Source: Candidatus Omnitrophota bacterium
Lineage (GTDB): Bacteria > Omnitrophota > Gorgyraeia > Gygaellales > Profunditerraquicolaceae
Direction: 5' to 3'
DNA: 63,881 nt
Assembly: GCA_018812825.1 (NCBI GenBank)
Contig: JAHJCJ010000052.1
Span: 1-63,881, forward strand
Within the stretch, counting starts at the first letter, position 1. Every line of letters begins with the position of its first letter. Position numbers and translations under genes: made by a program. Positions 35,143 to 44,622 of the stretch are shown here, piece by piece. The notes beneath the pieces are model-generated. The model was not told where the DNA came from. It made no database searches and saw only the letters and a program-made list of their open reading frames with translations.

Positions 35143-35997
35143 ATGGAAGAGGCGATTAGGAAAGCAGATGTTTTGATTGAAGCGTTACCTTACATAAAGA
35201 AGTTTCACAAAAAGGTAATTGTTATTAAATACGGCGGAAGCATTATGGGTGATGAGAAGATCCGCAACGGAGTTTTGGAGGATATTGTTTTCTTGAATTT
35301 TATGGGGTTACGCACGATCCTTGTGCATGGCGGCGGTCCGAATATCAGCGAACGCATGCGCGCTTCAGGCAAGAAGACAGAGTTTGTTGAAGGTATGCGC
35401 GTCACCGATGAGGAAACTTTGCAGTTGGTTGAGGAGGAGTTATTGGTATTAAATGAGATGATTGTAAAAGAGATCAATGATCTGGGGGCAAAGGCGGTTG
35501 GATTAAACGGTAAGAATGATGAATTGATTCAGGTTGAGAAGAAAAAGGCCAAGATAGATATTGGTTTGGTAGGTAATATTAAGGGAATTAATACAGAATT
35601 ATTAAATAATGAGCTTAAGAAGGATAGGGTAGTTGTAGTTTTGCCTATGGGGAAAGGAAAAGATAGGAAAATTTACAATGTAAACGCAGATGAGGCAGCT
35701 GCCAGTATTGCCGCAAGCCTTGCAGCAGAAAAGTTTGTTTTAATGACTAACGTCAAAGGGATTATGCGTAATTCAGAAGATAAGAATTCATTTATTTCTA
35801 CTTTAACGGTTGAAGAAGTAAGCGGATTGATTGAGAATAAAATTATCCAGCAAGGGATGATCCCTAAGGTTAATGCTTGTGTGGTGGCATTAAATGGAGG
35901 AGTAAAGAAAACGCATATTATTGACGCGCGCACCCCGCATGGTTTGCTTTTGGAAATTTTTACTGACCAGGGTATTGGGACTGAGATTATAAGATGA
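35143..35997 (+). CDS. argB: Acetylglutamate kinase
   Basis: VIKYGGS, LVHGGGPNI, NVNADEAA. Confidence 0.94.
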   Translation: MEEAIRKADVLIEALPYIKKFHKKVIVIKYGGSIMGDEKIRNGVLEDIVFLNFMGLRTILVHGGGPNISERMRASGKKTEFVEGMRVTDEETLQLVEEELLVLNEMIVKEINDLGAKAVGLNGKNDELIQVEKKKAKIDIGLVGNIKGINTELLNNELKKDRVVVVLPMGKGKDRKIYNVNADEAAASIAASLAAEKFVLMTNVKGIMRNSEDKNSFISTLTVEEVSGLIENKIIQQGMIPKVNACVVALNGGVKKTHIIDARTPHGLLLEIFTDQGIGTEIIR

Positions 35998-37196
35998 GAG
36001 TAAAAGAGATATTCCAAGTTTATAAAGAAAACATAATGCCCACTTATAATAAGGTGCCGCTTATTTTTGTTAAAGGTAAGGGATCGCGGCTCTGGGATAT
36101 TAAAGGCAAGGTTTATCTTGATTTCTTCCCGGGTTGGGGCGTAGGTAATTTAGGGCATTGTCATCCTAAGGTTATGCAGGGCCTGCGGGATCAGGTTAGC
36201 AAGCTGATCTTTATACCGAATAATTATTACCATCCTTTTCAGGCAAAGCTGGCCAAGGAGTTAATTTATTGGAGTTTTCCGGGTAAGGTTTTTTTTGCTA
36301 ATTCCGGGGCAGAGGCTAATGAAGGGGCAATCAAATTAGCCAGAAAGTTTGGCGATTCCTCTGCTTCTGAAGCAAGTCAGGGTAGATATGAAATAATTAC
36401 TTTTGAGAATGCCTTTCATGGTAGAACCTTGGCTACACTGGCGGCTACAGGACAAAAGAAATATCAGAAGGGGTTTTGCCCTATGCCGGAAGGTTTTAAG
36501 CAGGTTAAACTTAATGATATTGTTGCTTTTAAACAAGCGATTACTGATAAAACTGTTGCCGTTATACTTGAGCTTATTCAGGGTGAAGGCGGGATAAATA
36601 TCGCTGAGCGTGATTTTGTCTTGGCGCTCAGGAAAATATGCGACGAAAAGAGATTGCTTTTAATTATTGATGAGGTGCAAACCGGAATCGGCAGGACAGG
36701 AAAAATGTTTTGTTACCAACATTACGGTATAACTCCTGATGTGATGACGTTGGCTAAAGCTTTAGGCGGAGGCATGCCCATCGGGGTTATGATAGTTAAA
36801 AATGAATTCAGTGATCTTCTAACGCCCGGTATGCACGCTTCTACATTTGGCGGCGGTCCGGTAATCTGTAAGGCAGCCTTGGGGGTGTTTAAGGCAATAC
36901 AGAAGGATAAACTGCTTAAGAATTGCCAAAATATGGGAGAGTACCTTTTGAAGAAATTGAATCTCCTAAAGACAGCTTATCCAATAGTCAAGGATGTCCG
37001 GGGAATGGGGTTGATGTTTGGCATGGAGTTAAACATTAACGGAAAACAAGTCGTGGATAAGTGTATAGAGCGAGGTTTATTAATTAATTGCACACACGAA
37101 AAAGTTTTAAGGCTGATGCCGGCGTTAAATATCAGCAAAAATGAGATTGATAAAGGAGTAAAAATATTAGAAGAAGTCCTTAAGGGGTGCGCATAA
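35994..37196 (+). CDS. argD: Acetylornithine aminotransferase
   Basis: NSGAEANEGAIKLARK, DEVQTGIGRTGK, and TLAKALGGG (PLP Lys). Confidence 0.93.
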   Translation: MRVKEIFQVYKENIMPTYNKVPLIFVKGKGSRLWDIKGKVYLDFFPGWGVGNLGHCHPKVMQGLRDQVSKLIFIPNNYYHPFQAKLAKELIYWSFPGKVFFANSGAEANEGAIKLARKFGDSSASEASQGRYEIITFENAFHGRTLATLAATGQKKYQKGFCPMPEGFKQVKLNDIVAFKQAITDKTVAVILELIQGEGGINIAERDFVLALRKICDEKRLLLIIDEVQTGIGRTGKMFCYQHYGITPDVMTLAKALGGGMPIGVMIVKNEFSDLLTPGMHASTFGGGPVICKAALGVFKAIQKDKLLKNCQNMGEYLLKKLNLLKTAYPIVKDVRGMGLMFGMELNINGKQVVDKCIERGLLINCTHEKVLRLMPALNISKNEIDKGVKILEEVLKGCA

Positions 37197-38116
37197 TGAA
37201 AAAAGATTTGCTTTCGATTGGAGATTTGACTTTAGCAGAGATTAATTCTATTTTTAAGCTTACTGAACAGCTTAAGAAAGATAAAAAAAAGTTTGCTAAA
37301 TCCCTGCCTGGAAAGACCCTGGCTTTAATTTTTCAAAAACCATCGAACAGGACGCGGGTTTCTTTTGAAGTGGGTATGTATCAATTGGGCGGTAATTCTC
37401 TTTATCTGTCGCCTCAGGAAATTAATCTGGGGGTTAGGGAGACCATTGGGGATGCGGCAAAAACCATTTCTCGCTATGTCGACGGAGTTGTCTTGAGAAC
37501 CTTTGAGCATAAAAACTGTTTGGATATGGCTGAAGCTGCGACTATTCCGGTGATAAATGGCTTATCGGATTTTTCACATCCCTGCCAGGCGCTGGCGGAT
37601 CTTTTTACGATTCAAGAAAAGCTAAAAGGGCTAAATAAAGTTACGCTAGCATATGTCGGCGACGGTAATAACGTTTGTAATTCTTTGCTTTTTGCTGCGG
37701 CTAAAACCGGAATGAATATTTCTGTGGCTACTCCTAAAGGATATGCTCCCGCAGAAGAAGTTGTAAAGCAGGCGCAAGCAACCGCCGAAGAGACAGGCAG
37801 CCAGATAGTGATTACCGAGGATCCCTTTAGTGCGGTTAAGTCTGCTCAGGTAGTTTATACTGATGTCTGGGCGAGTATGGGGCAGGAGGATGAGATTAAT
37901 AAGAGAAAAATTATCTTTAGGGATTATCAGATTAATGCTAAACTTTTAGCTAATGCAGGGCAGAAGATCCTGGTGATGCATTGCCTGCCTGCGCATAGAA
38001 GTGAAGAGATAACTGATGAAGTTATGGATAGCGAGAATTCAATTGTTTTTGACCAGGCAGAAAATAGAATGCATGTGCAGAAAGCAATTTTAATTAAATT
38101 ACTAGGCGATAATTAG
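37196..38116 (+). CDS. argF: Ornithine carbamoyltransferase
   Basis: SNRTRVSFE, HPCQALAD, HCLPAHR. ATG 37196 overlaps the argD stop (TAATG). Confidence 0.93.
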   Translation: MKKDLLSIGDLTLAEINSIFKLTEQLKKDKKKFAKSLPGKTLALIFQKPSNRTRVSFEVGMYQLGGNSLYLSPQEINLGVRETIGDAAKTISRYVDGVVLRTFEHKNCLDMAEAATIPVINGLSDFSHPCQALADLFTIQEKLKGLNKVTLAYVGDGNNVCNSLLFAAAKTGMNISVATPKGYAPAEEVVKQAQATAEETGSQIVITEDPFSAVKSAQVVYTDVWASMGQEDEINKRKIIFRDYQINAKLLANAGQKILVMHCLPAHRSEEITDEVMDSENSIVFDQAENRMHVQKAILIKLLGDN

Positions 38117-38183
38117 CGGGTCCTGGCTTGAACTGTTTTTCGGCGCACACCGCGCCTCAAATCCAGTTCAAGCCACCCGCTAA
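38113..38183 (+). repeat. 71-nt GC-rich palindrome filling the argF-argG gap
   Basis: TTAGCGGGTCCTGGCTTGAACTG ... CAGTTCAAGCCACCCGCTAA (about 20 bp with a 3-nt bulge). Inner stem GGCGC/GCGCC. It starts within the argF stop codon. Confidence 0.75.
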
Positions 38184-38217
38184 TAATTAAATAATTTCAT
38201 TTAAATCGGGAGTTAAG

Positions 38218-39399
38218 ATGAAGAAGGTAGTGTTAGCGTATTCAGGTGGGTTGGATACCTCTTGCATAGTCAGATGGTTAAAAGAAAGAGGCTATGAAGT
38301 AATCTGTTTTGTGGCTGATTTGGGCCAGGGTTTGGGTCAGGGTGAAAATTTTGAGGCAATCGAAGCCCGGGCACTGGCTGCTGGTGCAACTAAAATTTAT
38401 ATCCGCGACCTCCAGGATGAATTCATCAAAGATTTTATTATTCCTGCTTTAAAGGCTAATGCTGTTTATGAGGGTAAGTATCTTTTAGCAACAGCATTAG
38501 GCCGTCCATTGATCGCCAAGTATTTGGTGCAGATTGCGCATAAAGAAAAAGCTGCGGCAGTTGCGCATGGCTGTACTGGAAAAGGGAATGATCAGGTGAG
38601 GCTTGAGGTTGCCGTAGGTATACTTGACTCAAGGTTAGAAATTATTGCTCCTGTGCGGGATTGGGAGTTTAAGTCACGGGAAGAAGAAATTGATTATGCC
38701 GTAAAACATAATATTCCCATTGACGTGACTAAAAAGAAACCTTATAGTGTTGACCGCAATATCTGGGGCATAAGCATTGAAGCAGGTGTTCTGGAAAATT
38801 TGGAACAGGAGCCTCCGGAAGATGCTTATTTGATTACCAAAAGCCCAACACATACCTCAAGTTATCCGAGATATATTGAGGTGACTTTTTCAAGGGGCGT
38901 ACCTACTAAAATTGATGGCAAGGTATTAAAATTAAAGAATCTTATCAACTATCTAAACGAAGTAGGTGGTCAATTTGGAGTGGGTAGAAGCGATATGGTG
39001 GAGAACAGGCTAGTGGGGATTAAATCCCGGGAGATTTATGAAGCGCCGGCAGGCGCTATCCTTTATGCTGCGCACAAGGAATTAGAGGCCCTGGTCCTTG
39101 ATAGAGAGCTATCACATTTCAAAGAGATAATTAGTCTTAAGTACGCGGAACTGGTTTATTATGGTTTGTGGTTTTCTGCTTTAAAGGATGCGTTGGATGG
39201 CTTTGTGGAGAAGACGCAAAAACTAGTTAGCGGTACAATCAGATTAAGATTATCAAAAGGTAATTGTGTTGTTGTGGGGAGAAAGTCCGCAAATTCACTT
39301 TATAAAAAGGAATTAAGTACTTACGGTAAAGAAGATAAGTTTGACCAGAAATTAGCTGAAGGTTTTATCAAGCTTTGGGGCATGCCTTACAAAAGATAA
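38218..39399 (+). CDS. argG: Argininosuccinate synthase
   Basis: AYSGGLDTS, HGCTGKGNDQVR. Contains a 12-nt tandem duplication (GQGLGQG). Confidence 0.95.
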   Translation: MKKVVLAYSGGLDTSCIVRWLKERGYEVICFVADLGQGLGQGENFEAIEARALAAGATKIYIRDLQDEFIKDFIIPALKANAVYEGKYLLATALGRPLIAKYLVQIAHKEKAAAVAHGCTGKGNDQVRLEVAVGILDSRLEIIAPVRDWEFKSREEEIDYAVKHNIPIDVTKKKPYSVDRNIWGISIEAGVLENLEQEPPEDAYLITKSPTHTSSYPRYIEVTFSRGVPTKIDGKVLKLKNLINYLNEVGGQFGVGRSDMVENRLVGIKSREIYEAPAGAILYAAHKELEALVLDRELSHFKEIISLKYAELVYYGLWFSALKDALDGFVEKTQKLVSGTIRLRLSKGNCVVVGRKSANSLYKKELSTYGKEDKFDQKLAEGFIKLWGMPYKR

Positions 39400-39400
39400 A

Positions 39401-39480
39401 TTAGGGACGGTTCTCAAACCAAAGGAAAACTGTCCCCTTAGAAGGGGGCACTTTAGCTTTGAGTTGAGAACCGTCCCTAA
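39401..39480 (+). repeat. 80-nt palindrome filling the argG-argH gap
   Basis: Perfect 17-bp arms TTAGGGACGGTTCTCAA / TTGAGAACCGTCCCTAA. Inner stem TGTCCCC/GGGGGCA. Confidence 0.8.
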
Positions 39481-39495
39481 AAGAGGAGTAAGATA

Positions 39496-40872
39496 ATGGC
39501 TAAGAAGCTTTGGGGAACAAGATTTAATAAGAAGACACATGCCTTGACGGATAAATTTACTTCATCAATAGCTTTTGACCAGAGATTGGCTAAGTATGAT
39601 ATCTTAGGGAGTATTGCCCATGTTAAGATGTTGGCCCGACAGAAGATTATCACCCGGAAGGATGGCCAGCAGATTGTCAGGGGTTTGAGTTCGATACTTA
39701 AGGATGTAATTAACGGTAAATTTAAGTTTGATCCGGCTGCGGAAGATATTCATTCCAATATCCAGGAGCTTTTGAATAAAAGAATCGGCGCTCCGGCGCA
39801 TAAGCTGCATACTGCCAGGTCAAGAAATGACCAGATTGCTTTGGATATCAGGATGTATTTAAAAAACGAGATTGATAATTTAGCCGAGTTTACCGCGCAG
39901 TTGCAGAAGGCAATACTAAAATTCGCGGTTAGTAATTCTAAAATAGTTATCCCGGGTTATACGCATATGCAGATTGCTCAATGTGTGCTTTTGGCGCACC
40001 ACTTGTTGGCATATGTAGAGGCGTTGGAAAGAGATAAACAGAGATTATGTGATGCCAAGAAAAGAATTGATTCTATGCCGCTGGGATCTTGCGCGTTTTC
40101 CGGCACGGGGTTAAGCATTGACCGGGAATTTGTGAAAAATGAGCTTAAGTTTTCCAGCCTCACTGCTAATAGTATTGATTCGGTCAGCGACCGGGACTAT
40201 ATAATTGAGGTACTGGCGGATTTAGCCATACTTTCCGTACATTTATCCCGGATAGCCGAGGATCTGATTCTTTGGTCAACAAAAGAATTTAATTTCATTG
40301 ATATTGATTTTTCGTTTTGCACCGGTTCTAGTATTATGCCGCATAAAAAAAACCCGGATATATTAGAGCTGATTCGCGGTTCAGTGGGGAAGGTCCAGGG
40401 GGATCTTTCCAGCGTCATAATGCTCATGAAGGGGTTGCCTACCTCTTACAACCGGGATATGCAGTTAGATAAACCTCCGCTTTTTGATGCCATAGATGCG
40501 GTTAAGGATATCCTGGAGATTTTTATGGCGCTTTTTGCGAATATTGTGATTGAGAAAGAAGCAATTGCTGCCAAGGTTAAAGATGAATCATTATTTTCGG
40601 TGGATATCGTGGAGTACCTGATTAAAAAAGGTGTTTCTTATCGGCAGGCGCATGACATTGTAGGCAGGATGGTCAGGGATTGTCTGGACAAGGACAAGGA
40701 AATATCATCTTTAAATGAAAAAGAGCTAAAGAGGTATTCTACAAAGCTTAAAAAAGATATAAGAGGCATACTTAATGCATGGGCATCGGTCAACTTAAAA
40801 AAATCTTTTGGCAGCACAAATCCTAAATTGGTTAAGCATCAGTTAGCTGCTTGGAACAGGAAGTTAAGATAA
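39496..40872 (+). CDS. argH: Argininosuccinate lyase
   Basis: TARSRNDQ, GYTHMQIAQ, GSSIMPHKKNPD. Confidence 0.95.
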   Translation: MAKKLWGTRFNKKTHALTDKFTSSIAFDQRLAKYDILGSIAHVKMLARQKIITRKDGQQIVRGLSSILKDVINGKFKFDPAAEDIHSNIQELLNKRIGAPAHKLHTARSRNDQIALDIRMYLKNEIDNLAEFTAQLQKAILKFAVSNSKIVIPGYTHMQIAQCVLLAHHLLAYVEALERDKQRLCDAKKRIDSMPLGSCAFSGTGLSIDREFVKNELKFSSLTANSIDSVSDRDYIIEVLADLAILSVHLSRIAEDLILWSTKEFNFIDIDFSFCTGSSIMPHKKNPDILELIRGSVGKVQGDLSSVIMLMKGLPTSYNRDMQLDKPPLFDAIDAVKDILEIFMALFANIVIEKEAIAAKVKDESLFSVDIVEYLIKKGVSYRQAHDIVGRMVRDCLDKDKEISSLNEKELKRYSTKLKKDIRGILNAWASVNLKKSFGSTNPKLVKHQLAAWNRKLR

Positions 40873-40987
40873 AATAGCTAAAAGGTGATATTGTGCGGGT
40901 GGCTGCCAGGACGAAGTCTTTGCAGTACGTATCGAAAAGTGAGCATTAGCAAGGCTAATTGGTAGAGGTCCCACAAAAATATTTAAA

Positions 40988-42238
40988 ATGCACGATTTTG
41001 TTTATAAAAATAAAAATCTATTTTGCGAAAACATAAAAGTCCAGGATTTGGCCGCGCGTTTCGGCACTCCGTTGCATATCTATAGCTATAACACTCTCAT
41101 GGATCATTTTATTAAACTGCGTAAAGCTTTCTCAGCGATCCAAGCGCTTATATGCTATTCTGTAAAAGCCAATTCAAATCTTGCTATTCTTAAGGTTTTA
41201 GTTAATCTGGGAGCGGGTTTAGACATTGTTTCAGGCGGGGAGCTTTTCCGTGCCTTAAAAGTTGGTTGTCCGGCTAATAAAATTGTTTATGCCTCAGTGG
41301 GTAAAACGGAAGCGGAGATTGCCACGGCGATTACCGAGGGGATACTTTTTTTTAACGTAGAGTCGCTTCCGGAGTTAATGAGCATTGACCGTATCGCTTG
41401 CCAGCTTGGTAAAATTACCCGTGTAGCTATCCGTATTAATCCTGATGTTGAAGCCAAAACTCATAAATTTATCACTACTGGTAAAATCACTAATAAGTTC
41501 GGTATTGATTTAAATAATGCTTACAAGATTTTGCTCTTGCGCAATAAATTCAGAAACGTGAAAATCTGCGGTTTGCATATCCACATTGGTTCACAGATTA
41601 CCGAGAGCGCTCCTTTCGTGGCAGCGATTAAGAAGGTAGCGGATTTCATTAGAAAATTAGAATCAAAAGGAATTAGCCTTGAATACCTGAATATCGGAGG
41701 GGGCTTAGGGATTATTTATGCTAATGAAGCTCCCCAGACTGCCCAGGTTTATGCCAATGAAGTAGTTCCTCTTTTAAAAAGTACAGGTTTAAAGATAATC
41801 ATGGAGCCGGGACGGTTTATTGTTGGCAATGCCGGGATATTGGTCACGAAAGTGCTATATATTAAAAATACCCCTAAGAAGAAGTTTGTTATTGTAGATG
41901 GCGGGATGAATGATTTGATCCGTCCGGCGCTTTATGGGGCTTATCATAATATTCTACCTCTGCGCAAGATATCTAAAACTGAAAAAGCGGATGTGGTTGG
42001 CCCGATTTGCGAAAGCGGAGATTTTCTGGCAAAAGAGCGTTTAATCGCTAACGTCAAGGAAGGTGATTATCTGGCGGTGATGAGCGCAGGGGCTTATGGG
42101 TTCAGTATGTCCAGTAACTATAATTCGCGCCTTAGGGCGGCTGAAGTTATGGTATCTAAAAATAAGGTTTGCGTAATCAGAAAAAGAGAAACTTACGCGG
42201 ATCTGGTACGTAATGAGCTGTTATTTAAGGCTAAATAA
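40988..42238 (+). CDS. lysA: Diaminopimelate decarboxylase
   Basis: YSVKAN (PLP Lys), HIHIGSQ, EPGR, CESGD. Confidence 0.93.
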   Translation: MHDFVYKNKNLFCENIKVQDLAARFGTPLHIYSYNTLMDHFIKLRKAFSAIQALICYSVKANSNLAILKVLVNLGAGLDIVSGGELFRALKVGCPANKIVYASVGKTEAEIATAITEGILFFNVESLPELMSIDRIACQLGKITRVAIRINPDVEAKTHKFITTGKITNKFGIDLNNAYKILLLRNKFRNVKICGLHIHIGSQITESAPFVAAIKKVADFIRKLESKGISLEYLNIGGGLGIIYANEAPQTAQVYANEVVPLLKSTGLKIIMEPGRFIVGNAGILVTKVLYIKNTPKKKFVIVDGGMNDLIRPALYGAYHNILPLRKISKTEKADVVGPICESGDFLAKERLIANVKEGDYLAVMSAGAYGFSMSSNYNSRLRAAEVMVSKNKVCVIRKRETYADLVRNELLFKAK

Positions 42239-42239
42239 T

Positions 42240-43025
42240 ATGAAGAGAATTGATTTTACTAAAATGGTTGCTTCGGGTAATGATTTTATCGTTATTGACA
42301 AGAAGCCAGGCAATAATTTCTGTGCATTAGCCAGGGCATTATGCGATAGAAAGTTCGGTATAGGTGCTGATGGACTGCTGTTAATCGGAAAAACTAAGAA
42401 TGCAGATTTGCATATGCGTATTTTTAATGCCGATGGCTCAGAAGCAGAGATGTGCGGTAATGGGGCGCGCTGCGCTGCTTTATTTAACGGCAAGAAAAAA
42501 GCTAAAATGCTTACCATGGCCGGAGTAATTAACGCCCAGGTTTATGATAGCCAGGTGAAAATTCAGCTCACTGATCCTAAAAAGATTAGATTAGATATTC
42601 CTTTGAAGGTAAATGGCCGGTTGATTAAGGTAAGCTTTATTAATACCGGCGTTCCCCACGTCGTAGTTCTTGTGGAAGGGCTAGATAAAATTGATATCGC
42701 GGGTATTGGCCGGGCAATAAGGTGGCATGTTAAATTTTCTCCGGCCGGGACAAATGTCAATTTTGTGGAAGTAAAGGATAATAATCTTATTCGCATCCGT
42801 ACTTATGAAAGAGGAGTGGAAGCAGAAACCCTGGCTTGCGGCACAGGCAGCACAGCTGCTGCGCTTGTCTTTGCCTTGAAGAACAACCTGGATAATTTAG
42901 TTAAAGTGCAGACGCAGAGCGCAGAGACCTTAAAGGTTTATTTTAGTAATCAAGAAGGTAAATTTAAGGATGTTTGGTTAGAGGGCAGCGCAAAGATAGT
43001 CTACAAAGGAGAGTATTATGTTTAA
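42240..43025 (+). CDS. dapF: Diaminopimelate epimerase
   Basis: ASGNDFIVID, EMCGNGARC, ACGTGS. ATG 42240 chosen, 1 nt after the lysA stop. Confidence 0.92.
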   Translation: MKRIDFTKMVASGNDFIVIDKKPGNNFCALARALCDRKFGIGADGLLLIGKTKNADLHMRIFNADGSEAEMCGNGARCAALFNGKKKAKMLTMAGVINAQVYDSQVKIQLTDPKKIRLDIPLKVNGRLIKVSFINTGVPHVVVLVEGLDKIDIAGIGRAIRWHVKFSPAGTNVNFVEVKDNNLIRIRTYERGVEAETLACGTGSTAAALVFALKNNLDNLVKVQTQSAETLKVYFSNQEGKFKDVWLEGSAKIVYKGEYYV

Positions 43026-43896
43026 GGGCTCGATTGTAGCCATAGTTACGCCTTTTCGTAACGGTAAAGTTGATGAAATGAAATTAAGGGAATTGATCGA
43101 TTTTCAAATTAAAAACGGGACTCGGGGTATTGTGCCTTGTGGCACGACCGGAGAATCAGCAACCTTGACTTTTGATGAACATGAAAAAGTAATTGAGGTT
43201 ACGATCGAACAGGTTAATAAAAGGGTTCCGGTAATTGCCGGCACAGGTTCAAACTCTACCGAAGAAGCGATAATGCTTACTAAGCAGGCAGCCAGCGCCG
43301 GGGCAGATGCTTCTTTACAGGTTTCACCATATTACAATCGTCCGACTCAAGGAGGGCTATATAGGCATTTTAAAGCTATTGCCCAGTCAGTAAAGATTCC
43401 GATTATCCTTTATAATATTGCCGGCCGCACCGGTGTAAATATTGAGCCGGAGACAATCGCCCGTTTGGCCAAAGATTGCAAGAATATTGTGGCAGTAAAA
43501 GAGGCCTCCGGAAACTTGGATCAGATGTCGCGCATTAAAGCGCTTTGTGCGCCGGATTTTCAGCTGATATCCGGAGATGATTCTCTTACCTTGCCTGTTT
43601 TAAGTATAGGGGGCATAGGGATTATTTCTGTAGTGGCTAATATTGTTCCGGCTGATGTCGCGAATTTAGTCAGTGCTTTTGAAAAAGGCAAGATTAAGAA
43701 AGCCCAAAGCTTGCATTATAAGTTACTACCATTAATTAAGGCGGCTTTTATTGAGACTAACCCTATTCCTATTAAGACCGCAATGGGTTTATTAGGGATG
43801 TGCGAGCCGGGTCTGCGTCTGCCGATGTGCGAGATGTCAGCGGATAATTTAGGGAAACTTAGAAAAGTACTCAAAGACTACGGTTTACTTGAGTAA
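43018..43896 (+). CDS. dapA: 4-hydroxy-tetrahydrodipicolinate synthase
   Basis: GTTGESATL, YYNRPTQ, and VKEASG (Schiff-base Lys). Confidence 0.94.
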   Translation: MFKGSIVAIVTPFRNGKVDEMKLRELIDFQIKNGTRGIVPCGTTGESATLTFDEHEKVIEVTIEQVNKRVPVIAGTGSNSTEEAIMLTKQAASAGADASLQVSPYYNRPTQGGLYRHFKAIAQSVKIPIILYNIAGRTGVNIEPETIARLAKDCKNIVAVKEASGNLDQMSRIKALCAPDFQLISGDDSLTLPVLSIGGIGIISVVANIVPADVANLVSAFEKGKIKKAQSLHYKLLPLIKAAFIETNPIPIKTAMGLLGMCEPGLRLPMCEMSADNLGKLRKVLKDYGLLE

Positions 43897-43906
43897 AGGA
43901 GTTGGG

Positions 43907-44620
43907 ATGATAAAATTAGGAATTGCTGGCGTCTGTGGAAAAATGGGCAGGCGGATTCTTGAACTTGCCGCCCTTGACAGAGACTTGGAGGTAGCCTTGG
44001 CCCTGGAAAAGAAAGGTACGCCTTTAATTGGAAAAGAGCTGGGTAAATTAAAAGTTTCTTCAAATCTGGACGGTTTATTCTTGGTTGATGTTTTAGTAGA
44101 TTTTACTTTACCTGAGGCAGTTGATGAGCATTTAGATTATGTTGCTAAATATAGGAAGGCCCTTGTGTTGGGTACTACGGGTTTAAGCGATGCGCAAAAA
44201 AACAAAATTGAGGAGATTGCTAAAATAGTGCCGATAATTTTTTCTCCGAATATGTCTATAGGAGTAAATGTTTTGTTTTCAATTCTTCCTGAGATAGCTA
44301 ATAATCTTGGCCCGGATTATAATGTAGAAATCGTAGAAGCGCATCACAAAGCCAAAAAAGATGCTCCCAGCGGGACAGCAAAGAAAATAGCTGAGATTAT
44401 TGCACAAACTACTAAAAAGAATATTCCTACACATTCCATACGTTTAGGAGATATCTTTGGTGATCATACTATAGTTTTTTGTGGAAATTCCGAGCGTATT
44501 GAGATTAAACACCAGGCGCATTCGCGCGACCTGTTTGCCGTAGGCGCATTAAAAGCGGCTAAATGGATTTCTCAAAAACCAGCGGGGCTTTATTCAATGC
44601 AGGATGTTTTAAAAGGATAA
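43907..44620 (+). CDS. dapB: 4-hydroxy-tetrahydrodipicolinate reductase
   Basis: IAGVCGKMG, EAHHKAKKDAPSGTA. ATG 43907 lies 5 nt after AAGGAG. Confidence 0.92.
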   Translation: MIKLGIAGVCGKMGRRILELAALDRDLEVALALEKKGTPLIGKELGKLKVSSNLDGLFLVDVLVDFTLPEAVDEHLDYVAKYRKALVLGTTGLSDAQKNKIEEIAKIVPIIFSPNMSIGVNVLFSILPEIANNLGPDYNVEIVEAHHKAKKDAPSGTAKKIAEIIAQTTKKNIPTHSIRLGDIFGDHTIVFCGNSERIEIKHQAHSRDLFAVGALKAAKWISQKPAGLYSMQDVLKG

Positions 44621-44622
44621 AC

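Noticed and set aside
40873-40987. Lysine riboswitch upstream of lysA.
   Set aside because: The gap is only 115 nt, well short of an L-box, and lacks the conserved L-box core sequences I know. It shares a 10-mer (GCGGGTGGCT) with the argF-argG palindrome, so it is more likely repeat debris.
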